A stretch of DNA of 64,000 nucleotides from Felis catus (GCF_018350175.1 NC_058368.1:112036001-112100000); one strand, 5' to 3'. Counted from the stretch's first letter, positions 12,380-24,152 are shown. Numbers and translations: made by a program. The notes: a model not told the origin generated them from the sequence alone.

Positions 12380-13300
12380 TTAAGAACATCTTCCCTGGGG
12401 ATTAAAAACACAACCCCCCACCCACCCAAAATGTTTGTGGGTCAAATGTGGGAAAACCGTATGAGGGTGTTTTCTTCTGTGTGTACAAAAGAAGTCACGG
12501 TGAAATTTATCCTAATGGATTTGAAACTCTCGTTTTATGGAGACAATTCTGAAATAAACACAGAGAATGGAGATATAGCTGAAGTGTTTTCCTTTTGCTT
12601 TTTCTCTACCTTAACGCTCCGTCACATAAATTCATGTTGGGTTGGAACACAAATGCATTTTGTTTGTAGTAATTAAAATGTTTTAATGAGACAACCATAA
12701 AATCCGCCATTAATTATTTTATTTCAAACACTTCTCCCTTCTTTTGAACCAGGTCTATTTAGAAATAGTTTAGAGAGTAGCCTGCAGTTTTATTCTTTCC
12801 TCTGCATTATACACAGGAGTGGAGAAGTCATTTATAAATAATTACACAATGTTTTGGGTCTTTGGGCTTGTATAATATATCAAAGCGATTAGTACACTTA
12901 TTGTTCCATTGTAAATGCTTTTTTTCTCCTTTCAGTTTCACTTGCCTTGTCTTCTAGCTAAACCTTTTTCTGGAAATCTTTTGTCTTCTTCATTCTTTTT
13001 GCTTGTTACAGTCCGGGAGCATTCTTCTTATTCAAACACTCACAGCAGGGGCAAAGAAAGCGACTTCGGCCGCATCTTAAGTTTTACCGTAACTTTCTGG
13101 CATTTTCTTTTCTTCCAGTTTTCCCAGACTACCTAGGGGCAATGAAGAATTATAACATACATGAATTATTGGTACTCCCCTCGAGTTAAAGGGGGAAGAA
13201 AGTGCCTCATTTTCTATGCCACCCCCCCCTTCCCCGGTCCTGAGCGAGCGGGCGGCCGAGAAACAATGTATTTATCACTTTGCACGTCTTCGGGACGCCG
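12380..13300. promoter_or_regulatory. Candidate NEUROG1 upstream neural enhancer (AT-rich, repeat-free)
   Basis: Sox sites (12846-12851, 12900-12905, 12907-12912, 13262-13268), TCF/LEF ATCAAAG 12879-12885, several TAAT/ATTA cores. Lies 7-8 kb upstream of NEUROG1, where conserved enhancers are described in other vertebrates. Confidence 0.6.
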
Positions 13301-14110
13301 GCCGCGCCCGCGCGCCCCCTCCCTCGCCGCCGCCACTCCTTTCACGAGCCCCCAATACAGGCTCCCGGGCGGCGCGGCCGGGGAGAGCGCCCGGGCCAGG
13401 GCGCGGCGGGGCGGGCCGCGTGCGGGGATTAGGGCCGCACGAGAGGCGACTGCGCTGCGGCCTCCAGCCACGTGAGGAGGGACCGGGCTTCAAAGGTGCC
13501 CCCCCAACTAATCCTTGTTATCCGGCGGGGCCCGCCGCTCCGCGCTGGCTCCCCCGCCCGCTCCCGGAGCCCGCCGGCCTCGGGGGCAGCCCCGGGCCAG
13601 CCTGCGGGACGGCGGGGCGGGGCCTGAGACTCCGCTGGCTAGGGTGTCGTCGGGGGTGCTCGGGCATGCGCGGGTGGCCGCGCACGTGGGGAGCTTGCCA
13701 GAGAAGGAGTTCGCGGGAAGAACGCCCGCGGGAGCCGGCCCGATGCCCCCACCCCCCAGGGGGCGTTTCCGAAGCCGGCGCGCGCTCAGCCCCGCGGTCC
13801 CCGCCCCGCCGGCCCCCGCCCCCGCGGCCCCGGCGAGCGCACGTCGCAATCTGTCAAGCCCTCGGCCCCGTTTCCATATGAAGGGCGCGCCGGGCGCCTT
13901 GGGAGCGCTGAATGGCCGCTCGCGGTCGGGCGGGCGCTCACGCCCCGCGGCCCGGGCTGGATTTGGCCGCATTTGCATAGCAGGTGCTGATGCTTGTCCA
14001 TTCTTACTTAAAGAAGTTTTAATATGGGATAAATTACCAGGAATTAGGAGCAGGCGTGGGCGGGAATAAAGGAACCGTGTCGCCCGTCTTCTTATCGCCG
14101 CCTGGCGCAG
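13230..14110. promoter_or_regulatory. Orphan CpG island about 8 kb upstream of NEUROG1
   Basis: Extreme GC/CpG density with no credible ORF. Contains TAATCC x2, CACGTG, TTCAAAG, CATATG and octamer ATTTGCAT 13971-13978. Confidence 0.85.
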
Positions 14111-15920
14111 GGAAGGAGAGAAATCTTAAGTGAGATTCGACTTTAGAAGTCGTCTCCTTAACAAGCTACCACTCCCCACCCCAACCGAAAGGAGCCAAGA
14201 GAAAACAGGAGACAACTTTAAGCAATTTGATTTTAGAATCTTTTCTGCAGCCAGTAAAGCAATGATCCCAGGGATAGTAATACGATTAGCGATCGAAGAT
14301 CTTTGAGTCAGAAAGTCCGCTTGAGTTTCAAATGTTAATCCTGGCCCTAATCCACCCTGTTGGCAGACTGGAGTGCAGTGCTACAGTCGTTTATGCTTTC
14401 TTTCCCTACTCTTACGTCAGGTGAGGCCCCTTTCGGCAGCCCATTTCTTGATGACAAGGAGGGCACACTGATTTGCCCAAGGTGACATCCCCCACCATCT
14501 CTGGACAGGGGTGCTGCGCTTCCCCCGCCCCTGGGAACCAGGCTCCTGTCGCTGTGCTGGCTTCCGAGGTTCATTCCATCTGTTTGGCATCTTGCAAAAG
14601 CTTGGAGCAAAGTGGATTTTCGAGGCGATGGGATTTTGAGGAGATAGGGATGGGACAGTTCATCCACCCAGCCTTGTCTCCCATCCTCCTTTAAGCCAGA
14701 CCTCAGGGTGTCCTCTTGAAATGGGTGGCTCGTGTTCAGGTTTTCAGGTTCTTGGGGACTGGGGAAGGGGAATGGCTGCCTCAGACTCCAGCCTGCCAGA
14801 CAGTGGGTCTGCTTATCATATTTGTGCAGAAAAGGCCTGAAGTCTGGGACCCTTGAGGGGTCTCCAGATACTTGGGCCGACTAGGAGCTGTAGGGAAGAA
14901 AGGGTAGGCCTAACATGAGCAGTGATACTCCAGTGCTCTCCACACCAAGATGCTGCCACATGTGCTGTCATAGGTCTGGGATAACAGGCTGCCTGTTCTG
15001 TGAGGGACAAATGTCAGGGTTCTCTCCTTTGCCTTCTTGCTGAGGCGCTTTTCTCCTCTCTCAGGCCCACACACTGCTTTTTCAGCCCCCTCTGATCTCT
15101 GGCACTTTCTCTCTCTGGGCCCAGAGCGACCCTGCTTTGGGCAGGGTTGCACCTGGGATCTTGCAGGCAGGCCTCTGGCTTGTCCCAAGCTCTACCCAAC
15201 AAGCCCGCTTTTCCTGGAAGGCAGTGTGAGATGCCCAAATGGACCATATGGTTTGGAGCGAGAGCCTTGGAGCCCACAGACAATGGGGGAAGTGAGAGGC
15301 CCAGGTCAGTGGCGGAGCTCACGCGGCTGCAAACCTCTCTTTCAGCCTAATGAAGCTGTTGTCTGGGGGTAATGATGCAAATGCCCCAGCCCTTTCTCGC
15401 CATCGATAGTCTAGAACGTGATTTGTCATACAATCTGAATCTTTGGGAGGACTTTAGACGGAACCTCCCCCAAAGATGGAGATGAGCCATATGTGCACTT
15501 TGCATCTGAAGTGGGGGTGGGGGCGGTGGGAGGGAGGACACAGCCCACTCCGACTTCTCAGAAGGACTGCCTTCTGACAGCCAGGAGGACTCAGTCCCCA
15601 AGAGCCCCAGTGCTGCCTGACCCAGGGGGCTCATGAGTGGGTGCAGTGCCCTATTGTCTGATGACAGATCAGCAGTGTGTGTTGGAAAAAAGATGCAGAG
15701 GATCTGGTTATTCTGAGTAGGGTGCTGTGCCGAGTGCCTCAGCTGATGTTAATTGCAGCCAGGATGGACACTTTAGTATTTCTGAAGCAGAAATAGTGAA
15801 AGAAAAGTAGGGACCAGGCGAGAGGCATCCTGAGCGTGGAACAGGTGGGGGAAGACACAAACCAGAGTGAGAAAGATGAGCAGGAAAAGTGTGCAAATCA
15901 GCTCACACTGTGTGTGTGTG

Positions 15921-16489
15921 TATGTGCACACGTGTACACGCGCATGTGAACCACTCACAGGCATATGTGAACACCCAGTGCCCACACACAAATCCCCTCT
16001 GTCCGAAGATATCCTTCGGGGGCCAGGCATGTCAGGCCAGGCACTGTGTCTGAGGGCACAGAGAGGGTGTGGCAGAAAAGAGTGGCCTCACCTGTGGGCA
16101 GATGTGACTCTGTCACCTTTGCTTCTCCTGTTTCCTTTCTAGGGCAGACTCCGCCTCAGAGACCCTTCTTCCCCCTTCATTATCATTGCTATTATTAGGG
16201 CCTCTGGTGCTTCTCTATTGCATCTAGCACACGCTGAGGGAGAAAGTAATGATGGCTCCTTACAGGAAAGGAGGCAACTTCTCAGTGCACCTGCCACTGA
16301 GGTCCTATGAGTGCCCGCAGAGCCTGGGCACAGGAATATACTACTCATTAGCAATCTCAGCAAAGCAGACTGCCACGGAATGATCGAATAGCCCTTGTTT
16401 ACTGCATGCAATAGATTTGTGTGTGGGTACTGGGTGTTCACATATGCCCGTGTGTGGTTCACATGCGCATGTACACATGTGTGCACATA
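15921..16489. repeat. Inverted repeat: arms 15921-15994 and 16414-16489, 419-bp spacer
   Basis: Manual alignment of the left arm against the reverse complement of the right arm gives 4 substitutions and one 2-nt indel over 76 columns. Confidence 0.92.
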
Positions 16490-19400
16490 TACGTAGCCCT
16501 TCCTCGCCTTCAGAGCAGGGAGTTGGGTTGCATTTCTTCTCTGGGATTACCCCACGTCTGTAACCTGAGTGTTGGCCCTCAGGTCGGCACCACAGCCCTA
16601 GGCTCTGCTGGGTGCCCAGCCCCCAGCTGGCAGAGGGCTCGCCGGAGGGTATCTGTTCACTCATTCTGTGGTGGTTTAAGTTTAGGAGTTAGAATGGGAT
16701 GGGCTGGGAAATGGAGGCCCATAATCCAGCGAGAGGTCCCTAATTACCCCTGCTGGCTTGTGGGGGTGAGGCAAGGGCAGATTGAAACCTTGGTCACGCC
16801 TCCACCGCCAATCACACCCATGGCCACAGGTAAGTCGTAGCCAAGCTCTGCCAAAGCCCCGGCCACATGATACTCTTTCTGCACCCTCAGATGCTCCCAG
16901 CCTCCCCTCTGGACACTGAAGGAGAGGGGAGGGGGGGAGCGATCGCGGTGACAACACCAGCTCTCAAAGCCCTGGCCACAAGCTGCTCACCGCAACACCT
17001 GTTACCATCGAGAGGTATATCCTGGGGTGGGGGCTGGGAGGCGGCCGTGCTGCAGTCTGGGGTGGGGTGCTGGGAAGCCGGTAGGACTAGAGTTTCTGCT
17101 TATTTGAGGGCTTTGCAGAAAACTTTGGTTAGAAACATGGAGATATTTCTAAAGCATCCCTGTCCTCTTTCCTGCTTTAACACATACGGTCCAGATACCC
17201 CTGGTGAGCATGCGCCCTGGGAGTGCCCAGAGTCGAGATGTTCCATGACAGTCCTCTTTACTGCTTGACTCCACCATCCTCCTCCTCATCAACATTCATA
17301 TTCATATAAATACCCTTCTGAACAGTTTTTTTTTTTCCTAGAGGGATGTTAAGCTTCACCCTCAGTTTGTGTGATTTTATTAAACTTGCAAGCCCGTGCG
17401 TCGTGCATTTTAATCTGCCTCTCAAATGTGAGGCGACTGAGGCTCAGGGAGGTTAAGATACATGACGAAGGTCATGGGGCTGGCAGGCTGTAGAGCCAGA
17501 ATGGGAGCCCAGGGCTACCTGGCTTCAGCATGCAGGACACTGACCACTGGGCATCTCCCTTTTCTCACTTGATGTGAACATCCACTCTGTGGCCAGCTCC
17601 ACCCAGGGGCTGGTGGACACGGGATGGAAACCACAGCCCTACTTTGTGGGGAAGGGCAGCTGTTGCAGGTGTGGGTGAGACTCTGTGGAAAGAGGTCTGT
17701 TCTTGTCTGTTGGTTGGTCACTCTTGTGGAGAAGGGCCGTGACCCTGGACTACAGGAGACGTTGTTGTTTTGAAGTCAGCTTCTGTTCTCGTTTTCTTGG
17801 TGAGAATCGAGCAGTCTGGGTTCTGTGCCCCCCGCAGCCTTGAGAAAATTCTTCTCTCACTCTCTGAATCTCACAGAAGAATGATGGTGTGGGAGGTGGA
17901 GGGGGTGTAAGGTGTCCCCAGGGGCTTGCAGTCCAGGGGGGAGACATCTAGGCTCCAGTACTGCTGACACCTGAGGTCTTGGGGAGTCACCTGGCCATAT
18001 GACATCAAATGGTTTCATCTCCTCTCTGGTCTCCCTAACTGCTCGGTGAGCAGAGCTTATGAGGGGCCAGAGAGCTGACCTGTGCTGAAGCCGAAGCCAG
18101 CAGCCTCCCTGAGTGGCGAGGGAGGCATTCTGTGTGCTCTCTTTAGTGTGGAGTTCGTGCTTCTAGAGTGTGTGGGCTGTCCCAGTCTACTTGTCCCCGT
18201 GTCCCTGAAGAACTCAGCATGATCTTAGCACCCAGAAACTCTTAAGTTACTCATGTTCTTTGGTTCTGTGGCTGTTCATGCAACTCATTCACTCGCTCTT
18301 TCATTCATTGCCAGGATGTTAAGTCAACTTCTCTTGGGTAGAAGATCATTCAACTTCCCTGCCTAAAACCCTTCACAGTTTTCCCACGGGACTCAGTATA
18401 ACGTGCCCCATCTTTTAATTTGAACTCTAGTTAACAAGGCTCTGTGCTATCTGTCCCCCTCCTGCTGACTTGGGGGTGTGTTGTGGGGTACCTCAACCTC
18501 ACAGCCGGTTCCTCTCCCCTTGGCCCTCTGGGTTCCAGCAACACTGGTCTCCGTTTAGTGCTTTTAATGCTCTTCGGGGCCTTGTCCTTGTCATTCTGCT
18601 TGAAGCGCTCTCCCCACGTGGCTCCTTCTCAGAGGAGGACCTCCTGACGATCCTGAGCAACCCTTCGTCACAGCACTGCCCCCACTAGCACACAGATCGA
18701 TGGGTGGTCTGCACACTGCTTGCTGCTGCTCCTCGTCCGTGTCTCTGACTAAACTGAACGTTCTGTGTGTGGCAGTTCCCTGTCTGGCTTATTAACCTCC
18801 GTCTCCCCAGTAGCTAGAACAGTGTTGGTACATAAGAGGTGCCCAGGATGTTTTGCGGTGGAATGTGGACGTGCATTTGGATGTATTTTAAATGGTGAAA
18901 TCTGTGCGTCTCTCTATTATGTGTGTCTCCACCTTCCCAGCTCTGGGAAAATCTGGGCTGAAGAGAGACTGAGTCATGGGCGAGGGATTTAGTTTGACAC
19001 AGTGGGACACTGGGTGCTTCTGGGTGGAGTGTGTCCAAGATGAGTGTCTCTCTAGGCACGGGGACGTTTTCTGACTTGGCTGGATGGGGCACATTTCTTA
19101 CTTGGGTCTGACTCCCGTGGGATGATCTTGTGTCTTCCTGGAATCCACGGGACATCCTGAATCACACTGTTTGTGCCCAGAGGAGACACTGCTGAAGGAG
19201 ATGTCTCTTCTCTTTATGAAAGAGGTGTGTGGGCATGCCTCTCTAAGCAGTGTGGGAATGCACGGGGCAGGCTTTCCAGTCCGCAGTGGAGAATGGACCT
19301 CCCTGGAATGCTCACAAGGGGCAGGGAAGAGGAAGGAACCCCTCAGAGTAGAGTCGGGACTGAGCAGTTGCTGGGGGCAAGGCTCACCTGCGTAGGTGAC

Positions 19401-19716
19401 CATCAGCAGGAAGCAAGCTGGGACTGGTTCTTAGGAAAGCCATGTGGAGTGGCAGGGGCCAGAGGCGCATCTCTGTCATTTCCTGGAATCCACGTGTGAT
19501 GGTATGTTTTGGGTGGAAATGTCAGCGATGCCACCCTCCAGCAAGCCCTCAGCAGCCCTCTCAGTTGCTCCCTTTCGTCCCCCAAATCCTGGCTCTGCTC
19601 ACTGAGCACTGGCAGGGGCTCTAGCTGAGGGCTGCACGTGGGAGCCATTCCTGCCCTCAAAGAGGTGGTACTCTGGGAATCAGAACACGGGTGTGCAAAG
19701 CAGCCAGTGGACAGAG

Positions 19717-19754
19717 TTCAGAGTCCAGAGTGCTAACCATTACATGATAGAACC
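19717..19754 (-). pseudogene. 5' half tRNA-Gln(CTG) tailless retropseudogene
   Basis: The minus strand reads GGTTCTATCATGTAATGGTTAGCACTCTGGACTCTGAA, 35/38 identical to the recalled tRNA-Gln-CTG 5' end GGTTCCATGGTGTAATGGTTAGCACTCTGGACTCTGAA. Flanked by a 21-bp direct repeat at 19702-19722 and 19758-19778. Confidence 0.85.
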
Positions 19755-20741
19755 CCAAGCCAGTGGACAGAGTTCAGACACAACTCTGCCTGCGTGCTTT
19801 CATCCCCTCAGCCAATCACCCACCAGTCATCTACGGGGTACCTCCCAGGTGGAAGGGTCACTGTGTGCAGTGCTGGAAAACCCAAGAAAACTGGAGCTGC
19901 CTAGAATTTACATTCCAACAGGAAGAGACTACAGTCCCAAAGATGAATAAACCCCTAAGATAGCAGGTGGTAACAAGTGGCAAACAAACAGGGTGCCACT
20001 AAGGGGCAAAACAGGAGATACTTACTCTGGCTGAGGTGACAAGGATGATCTCTGAGGAGATGACATGGAAGTTGATACTTAAAGGATGAGAAGGAGTCAG
20101 CCATGGGAGGTTCTAGGGGGAGAGCATTCCAGGCAGAGGCCCTAGGAAGTGAGGACTCTGGGGCAGGAACAGGCTTGTGTGTGAAGAACTGATGGAAGGC
20201 CAGTGTATATTGAGAAAGCCTTCCTAAGCGAGGTGCAGAATTTGGACAGGGGGTGCGTATCTTTGTAACAGGTACCATGTGCCTGGCACAATGCTAGTGT
20301 TCCACCTGATTTAATCCTCCCACAAACATAGTGCTGTGCTCCTGTCCTACGGAGGCAGTGGATGCTCAGACAGGTCAAGCCAGTTGCCAAAGGCCACGCA
20401 GCGAGACAAGTGGTGGAATCAAATTTTGAACCTGAGTCTGGTTCAAGAGCCCAAGTTCATAACCACTAGGCGATTTGATCTCCCAGTGTCCAAGGAAACA
20501 GTACAAACGGCATGCACCTGTGACATGGAAAAGGACAGAGAAGGGAGAAACCAGAGAAAATTGTAGTCATGGCCTTAGGCTGTTGGAAGATCATGGACAG
20601 AGGTGTGTGGATAATCATACGATGGAAAAGTCATCGTTTGCTTCTATCCTCAGGAGTTTCCCTATTCTTGCTGGAGCAGGGCTTCCCGTGGGGGGCGGGG
20701 GGGGGGGGGGCGGGGTGCCTTAGCTGTCTAAAGGCGGAAAG

Positions 20742-20760
20742 CAGCGCCACCTGTTGGTGA
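20742..20760 (-). promoter_or_regulatory. CTCF-like motif (reverse orientation)
   Basis: Minus strand TCACCAACAGGTGGCGCTG, close to the CTCF core CCASYAGRKGGCRS. Confidence 0.6.
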
Positions 20761-22153
20761 AAGAGAGTGATGATCGTATGACACGAGATGAGGCCGATTC
20801 ATCATCACCCGTGAAATATTTGCTAGTCATCTACTGGGTACGGCCTGCCCTGTGTGGGGTGGGTAAGAGTATGCAGGAGAACCCGGAGACATAGCTCTGC
20901 TTCCAGAATGGAGAGGGCTGAATTGGGAGGTGGAGCTCCCTACTTTGGTCTTTCCTTATGGGCACCAGGGGATCTCAGAAAATAAACAGAAATGGATGTG
21001 CCAGAAGTAAGGGATCTGGGTGGGCTTGAGGAACTTGGAGAGGTTCTGGCAATGAGGCAAACCTGAGCAAGCAAGTGTTTTTGCATAAGATATTCACGGC
21101 AGTGTTGTTTGACGTGTAAAATTTTGGTAAAAACGTGCCATGTGTCCATCAGTAGAGGAGTGGTAAATAAAGTATGTTGCATTCCTATAAAAGCGTACAA
21201 TGTAGCTATAAGAAAACAATAAAAAACCCTCTTTAGGTCCCACAGGGAATAGTATCCAAGGTGTATTAAGAGAGAAAAACAAGGGTGAAGACTTAACTTT
21301 GTATGGTATGCCATGGGATAGAAATAAATACAAAGAGAGGGTATAAGAAGAAATATTTTGCTTACCTAAGCTAAGAAAACTCTGAGGCCTCCTCAGGACA
21401 CTGTTAACACAGTGGTTGCTGGAGTGAGTGGATGGAGGCAGGAATGGGAGGGATAATGTATCTTTTGGTTATTTTTTAATTTTCAAATTAAGTATATTAT
21501 TGCATATGCAAGCTAGTGGTTTTTTAAACAGGAAAATTATAAACAAACCAAAAATAAAATGAAATTCTGATCCCACTGGAGCTTGGCCCTGCTTCTCCTC
21601 CCCTGGGTCTTTGCTTCCTTGGGTCTTAGAGCTGACCAACTTTTGTGGATCATGCGTGGTCCAGAGTTCTAGAATCTGAGAACTTTTCTGGAGGATTACC
21701 CACTGATTTAGAAACCCTATAGACCTCGTATGTGGAAGATACGTTGTTTCTCAAAGGATTCTTGTAAGGCTTTGCTTCTGATTTCTGGGTATCAAGATTC
21801 ACCAAGTTGCATTCATGAGCCTTTTGTACTTAATTGTAATTAATGATGAGTCCGGGTTGGTGATGCGTCATTTAGTTGCTGTCCCCTATTTACTGAGCAC
21901 CTACTAGGTTTGGGTACTGCGCTTATTCCTGGGATTGTCCCAAAGAAGCCTTGGACCCAGGTTCTGCCCTAGGAGGGGCTTACTGCCTGGGAGGAGAGAA
22001 GGGAGCACTTGGTGAGCCCCAGTTAGGGAGTCCCTTGAGTCTGCCTGACAGAACTAGGAAGGCTTCAGGGAGATGGAAGTGCTTACGTGGAGACTCAAAG
22101 CGTGAGCGGTAAGTGAATGTTCCTCCAACATAGAGGGTCAAAGAGAAATGGCG

Positions 22154-22184
<31 letters not shown>

Positions 22185-23220
22185 GTCAGAGCAGGTGTGT
22201 TTTATTTTTCAAGTGCTCTGTGTTCGTTTTAAAAAACAAAGGCATGCCTTCTGTTTCTTTTTCTTAGTTTCCATTAAAATTATTGTAAGAACCACTTCGG
22301 CTACACCCTGGTCACAGAGAGGTGGTCACTGCTTCCAGTCTTACGGTGGCAGAGGTCACATGTAGCTGGTAAAGCCTCTGATCTTCCTTCCCTCGCCCTG
22401 CCCTGCGGCCCCTGCCTGCGTCTTAGGCCTGACTCTGTCCGCCACAGCAGCTAGGACATACTGCACTGTGGCTGGTGCCAGGGCCTTGGTCATGGGGGTC
22501 TTGGCCTGCTCTTGTTACCTCGTATGCTGTGGGGGAGCCTCCTAGGCCTCCTATCTGGGCTGTGTTCCCTTTCTGACCTCAGTTTACCTGTTTGAGAAAT
22601 AAGAGGGTTGGACCAGGGGACCTGCTAAGGCCTTCTAGAACTCACCCCCTGTGGCCATGATGCTGAACACATTGGGAAGCTCACGATATTTCCCAGGGAG
22701 TGGGGGTCCGGTGTATTCAGGTGGGCATGGCCTCTCTCCACCTTTCTGTCATGATTTTAAAGATGATCTTTCTCTGAGTCCCAGTCAGGGTCAGTGTAGC
22801 TCCTTGAAGGAACATTGGAGAGGGAGTTGGGGACAGGCCTGGGTCTGGGCTGAGGTCTTTTCCCCTTTCAGGCCTCAGTCTCTTCCCCTGGGTTGCCAAG
22901 AGGCGAATGGAGGAGGCATTTTCCAGCTCCAACTTTGCCAGAACCATCCCTGGTCCCTCAATGGCAGGTGTGGAGACCAGGTCCTTTAGGCCAGCCTCTC
23001 CCCTTGGTTTCCTGAACGTGCTTCCTGAACATCTAGTGGGAATGAATCAGAGCCCTGTATGTGTGCAAGTGCTGTGTGTGTTCTTGCTTAGCAAGTGTTC
23101 CCTAAAGGGGAGCTAGGGGGCAGCTGCAGGAGCAAGGGGGTGAGGAGGAGGGGCCTTGAGTGCCATTTGGCCCCTCCTCCCACTCAGGGAGGGGCTGCCA
23201 TTAACTTTGAATATTATTAT

Positions 23221-23415
23221 TATTATTTTTTTTTGAGAGAGGGAGAGGAGAGTAGTGGTGAGGAGGGGCAGAGAGAGAGGGAGAGACTCTCAAACAGGCT
23301 CCACGCCCAGCACAGAGCCCGACGTGGGGCTCAAGCTCACCACCGTGAGATCATGACCTGAGCTGAAATCAACAGTTGGATGGAGGCTCAACTGACTGAG
23401 CCGCGCTGACACCCC
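23221..23415 (-). mobile_element. Can-SINE
   Basis: Poly-T, (GA)n and SINE body. TSD TAACTTTGAAT(A/G)TTATTAT. Confidence 0.88.
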
Positions 23416-23544
23416 TAACTTTGAATGTTATTATCTCCAATGAGTTTATAATTAAAAATGGCAGGCTGGAGAGAAGACAGGTCTCCTCCAACTTTGAATC
23501 TGCCTCTATTTCTACATCATACCATAAAAGTCTGCCGGATTACA

Positions 23545-23747
23545 GACCGCCTGGGTGGCTCAGTCGGTTGAGCGTCCAACTTGGGCTCAGGTCATGATCT
23601 CGTGGTTTGTGGGTCCGAGCCCTGCGTCGGGTTCAGTGTCGACAGCTCGGAGCCTGGAGCCTGCTTCGGATTCTGTGTCTCCCTCTCTCTCTGCTTCTCC
23701 CCTGTTCTCTCTCTCTCTCAAAAATAAATACATATGAAAAAGAAATT
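23545..23747 (+). mobile_element. Can-SINE
   Basis: CGCCTGGGTGGCTCAGTCGGTTGAGCG head. TSD TAAAAGTCTGCC(G/A)GATT. Confidence 0.9.
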
Positions 23748-24133
23748 TAAAAGTCTGCCAGATTTTAGGGGTCTAGGACAAAATGTCATTTAGTGATTAG
23801 CAAAGGTTAAAAGCACCCACTCAATAAATGGAGAACAGAGATGCTACAGCGTTCTGTTTTGGCATTTTGTCCTATGGAAGGCCTCAGTGGAGCAGTGTGA
23901 AGAGGCCCTCCGAGGGGCTTTTCGGAGCTGCCCTGCAGCCGTGATCCCGGTGGGACCAGGGCTAGCCTTCACAGGGGCGGCTCTTCCTCTGAAGGCACAG
24001 TGTTGACAGGGCGAGAGCAAGGAGGAGGCAAAGGTGTCCCTGAACTTGTGGGTGAACGAAGCGTATTGGGAACGTTTCCCAGCCCCTGCACTCCCTTTAG
24101 GACTCCCTTGCCCCCTCCAGGTCGCTGACGGAG

Positions 24134-24152
24134 CGGCCACCAGGTGGAGCTC
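24134..24152 (+). promoter_or_regulatory. CTCF-like motif (forward)
   Basis: CGGCCACCAGGTGGAGCTC, one mismatch in the GGC core. Confidence 0.45.

Noticed and set aside
13161..14069. Several 100-220 aa Arg/Pro/Gly-rich ORFs
   Set aside because: Expected from stop-codon scarcity in a CpG island. No homology recognised and no splice structure.
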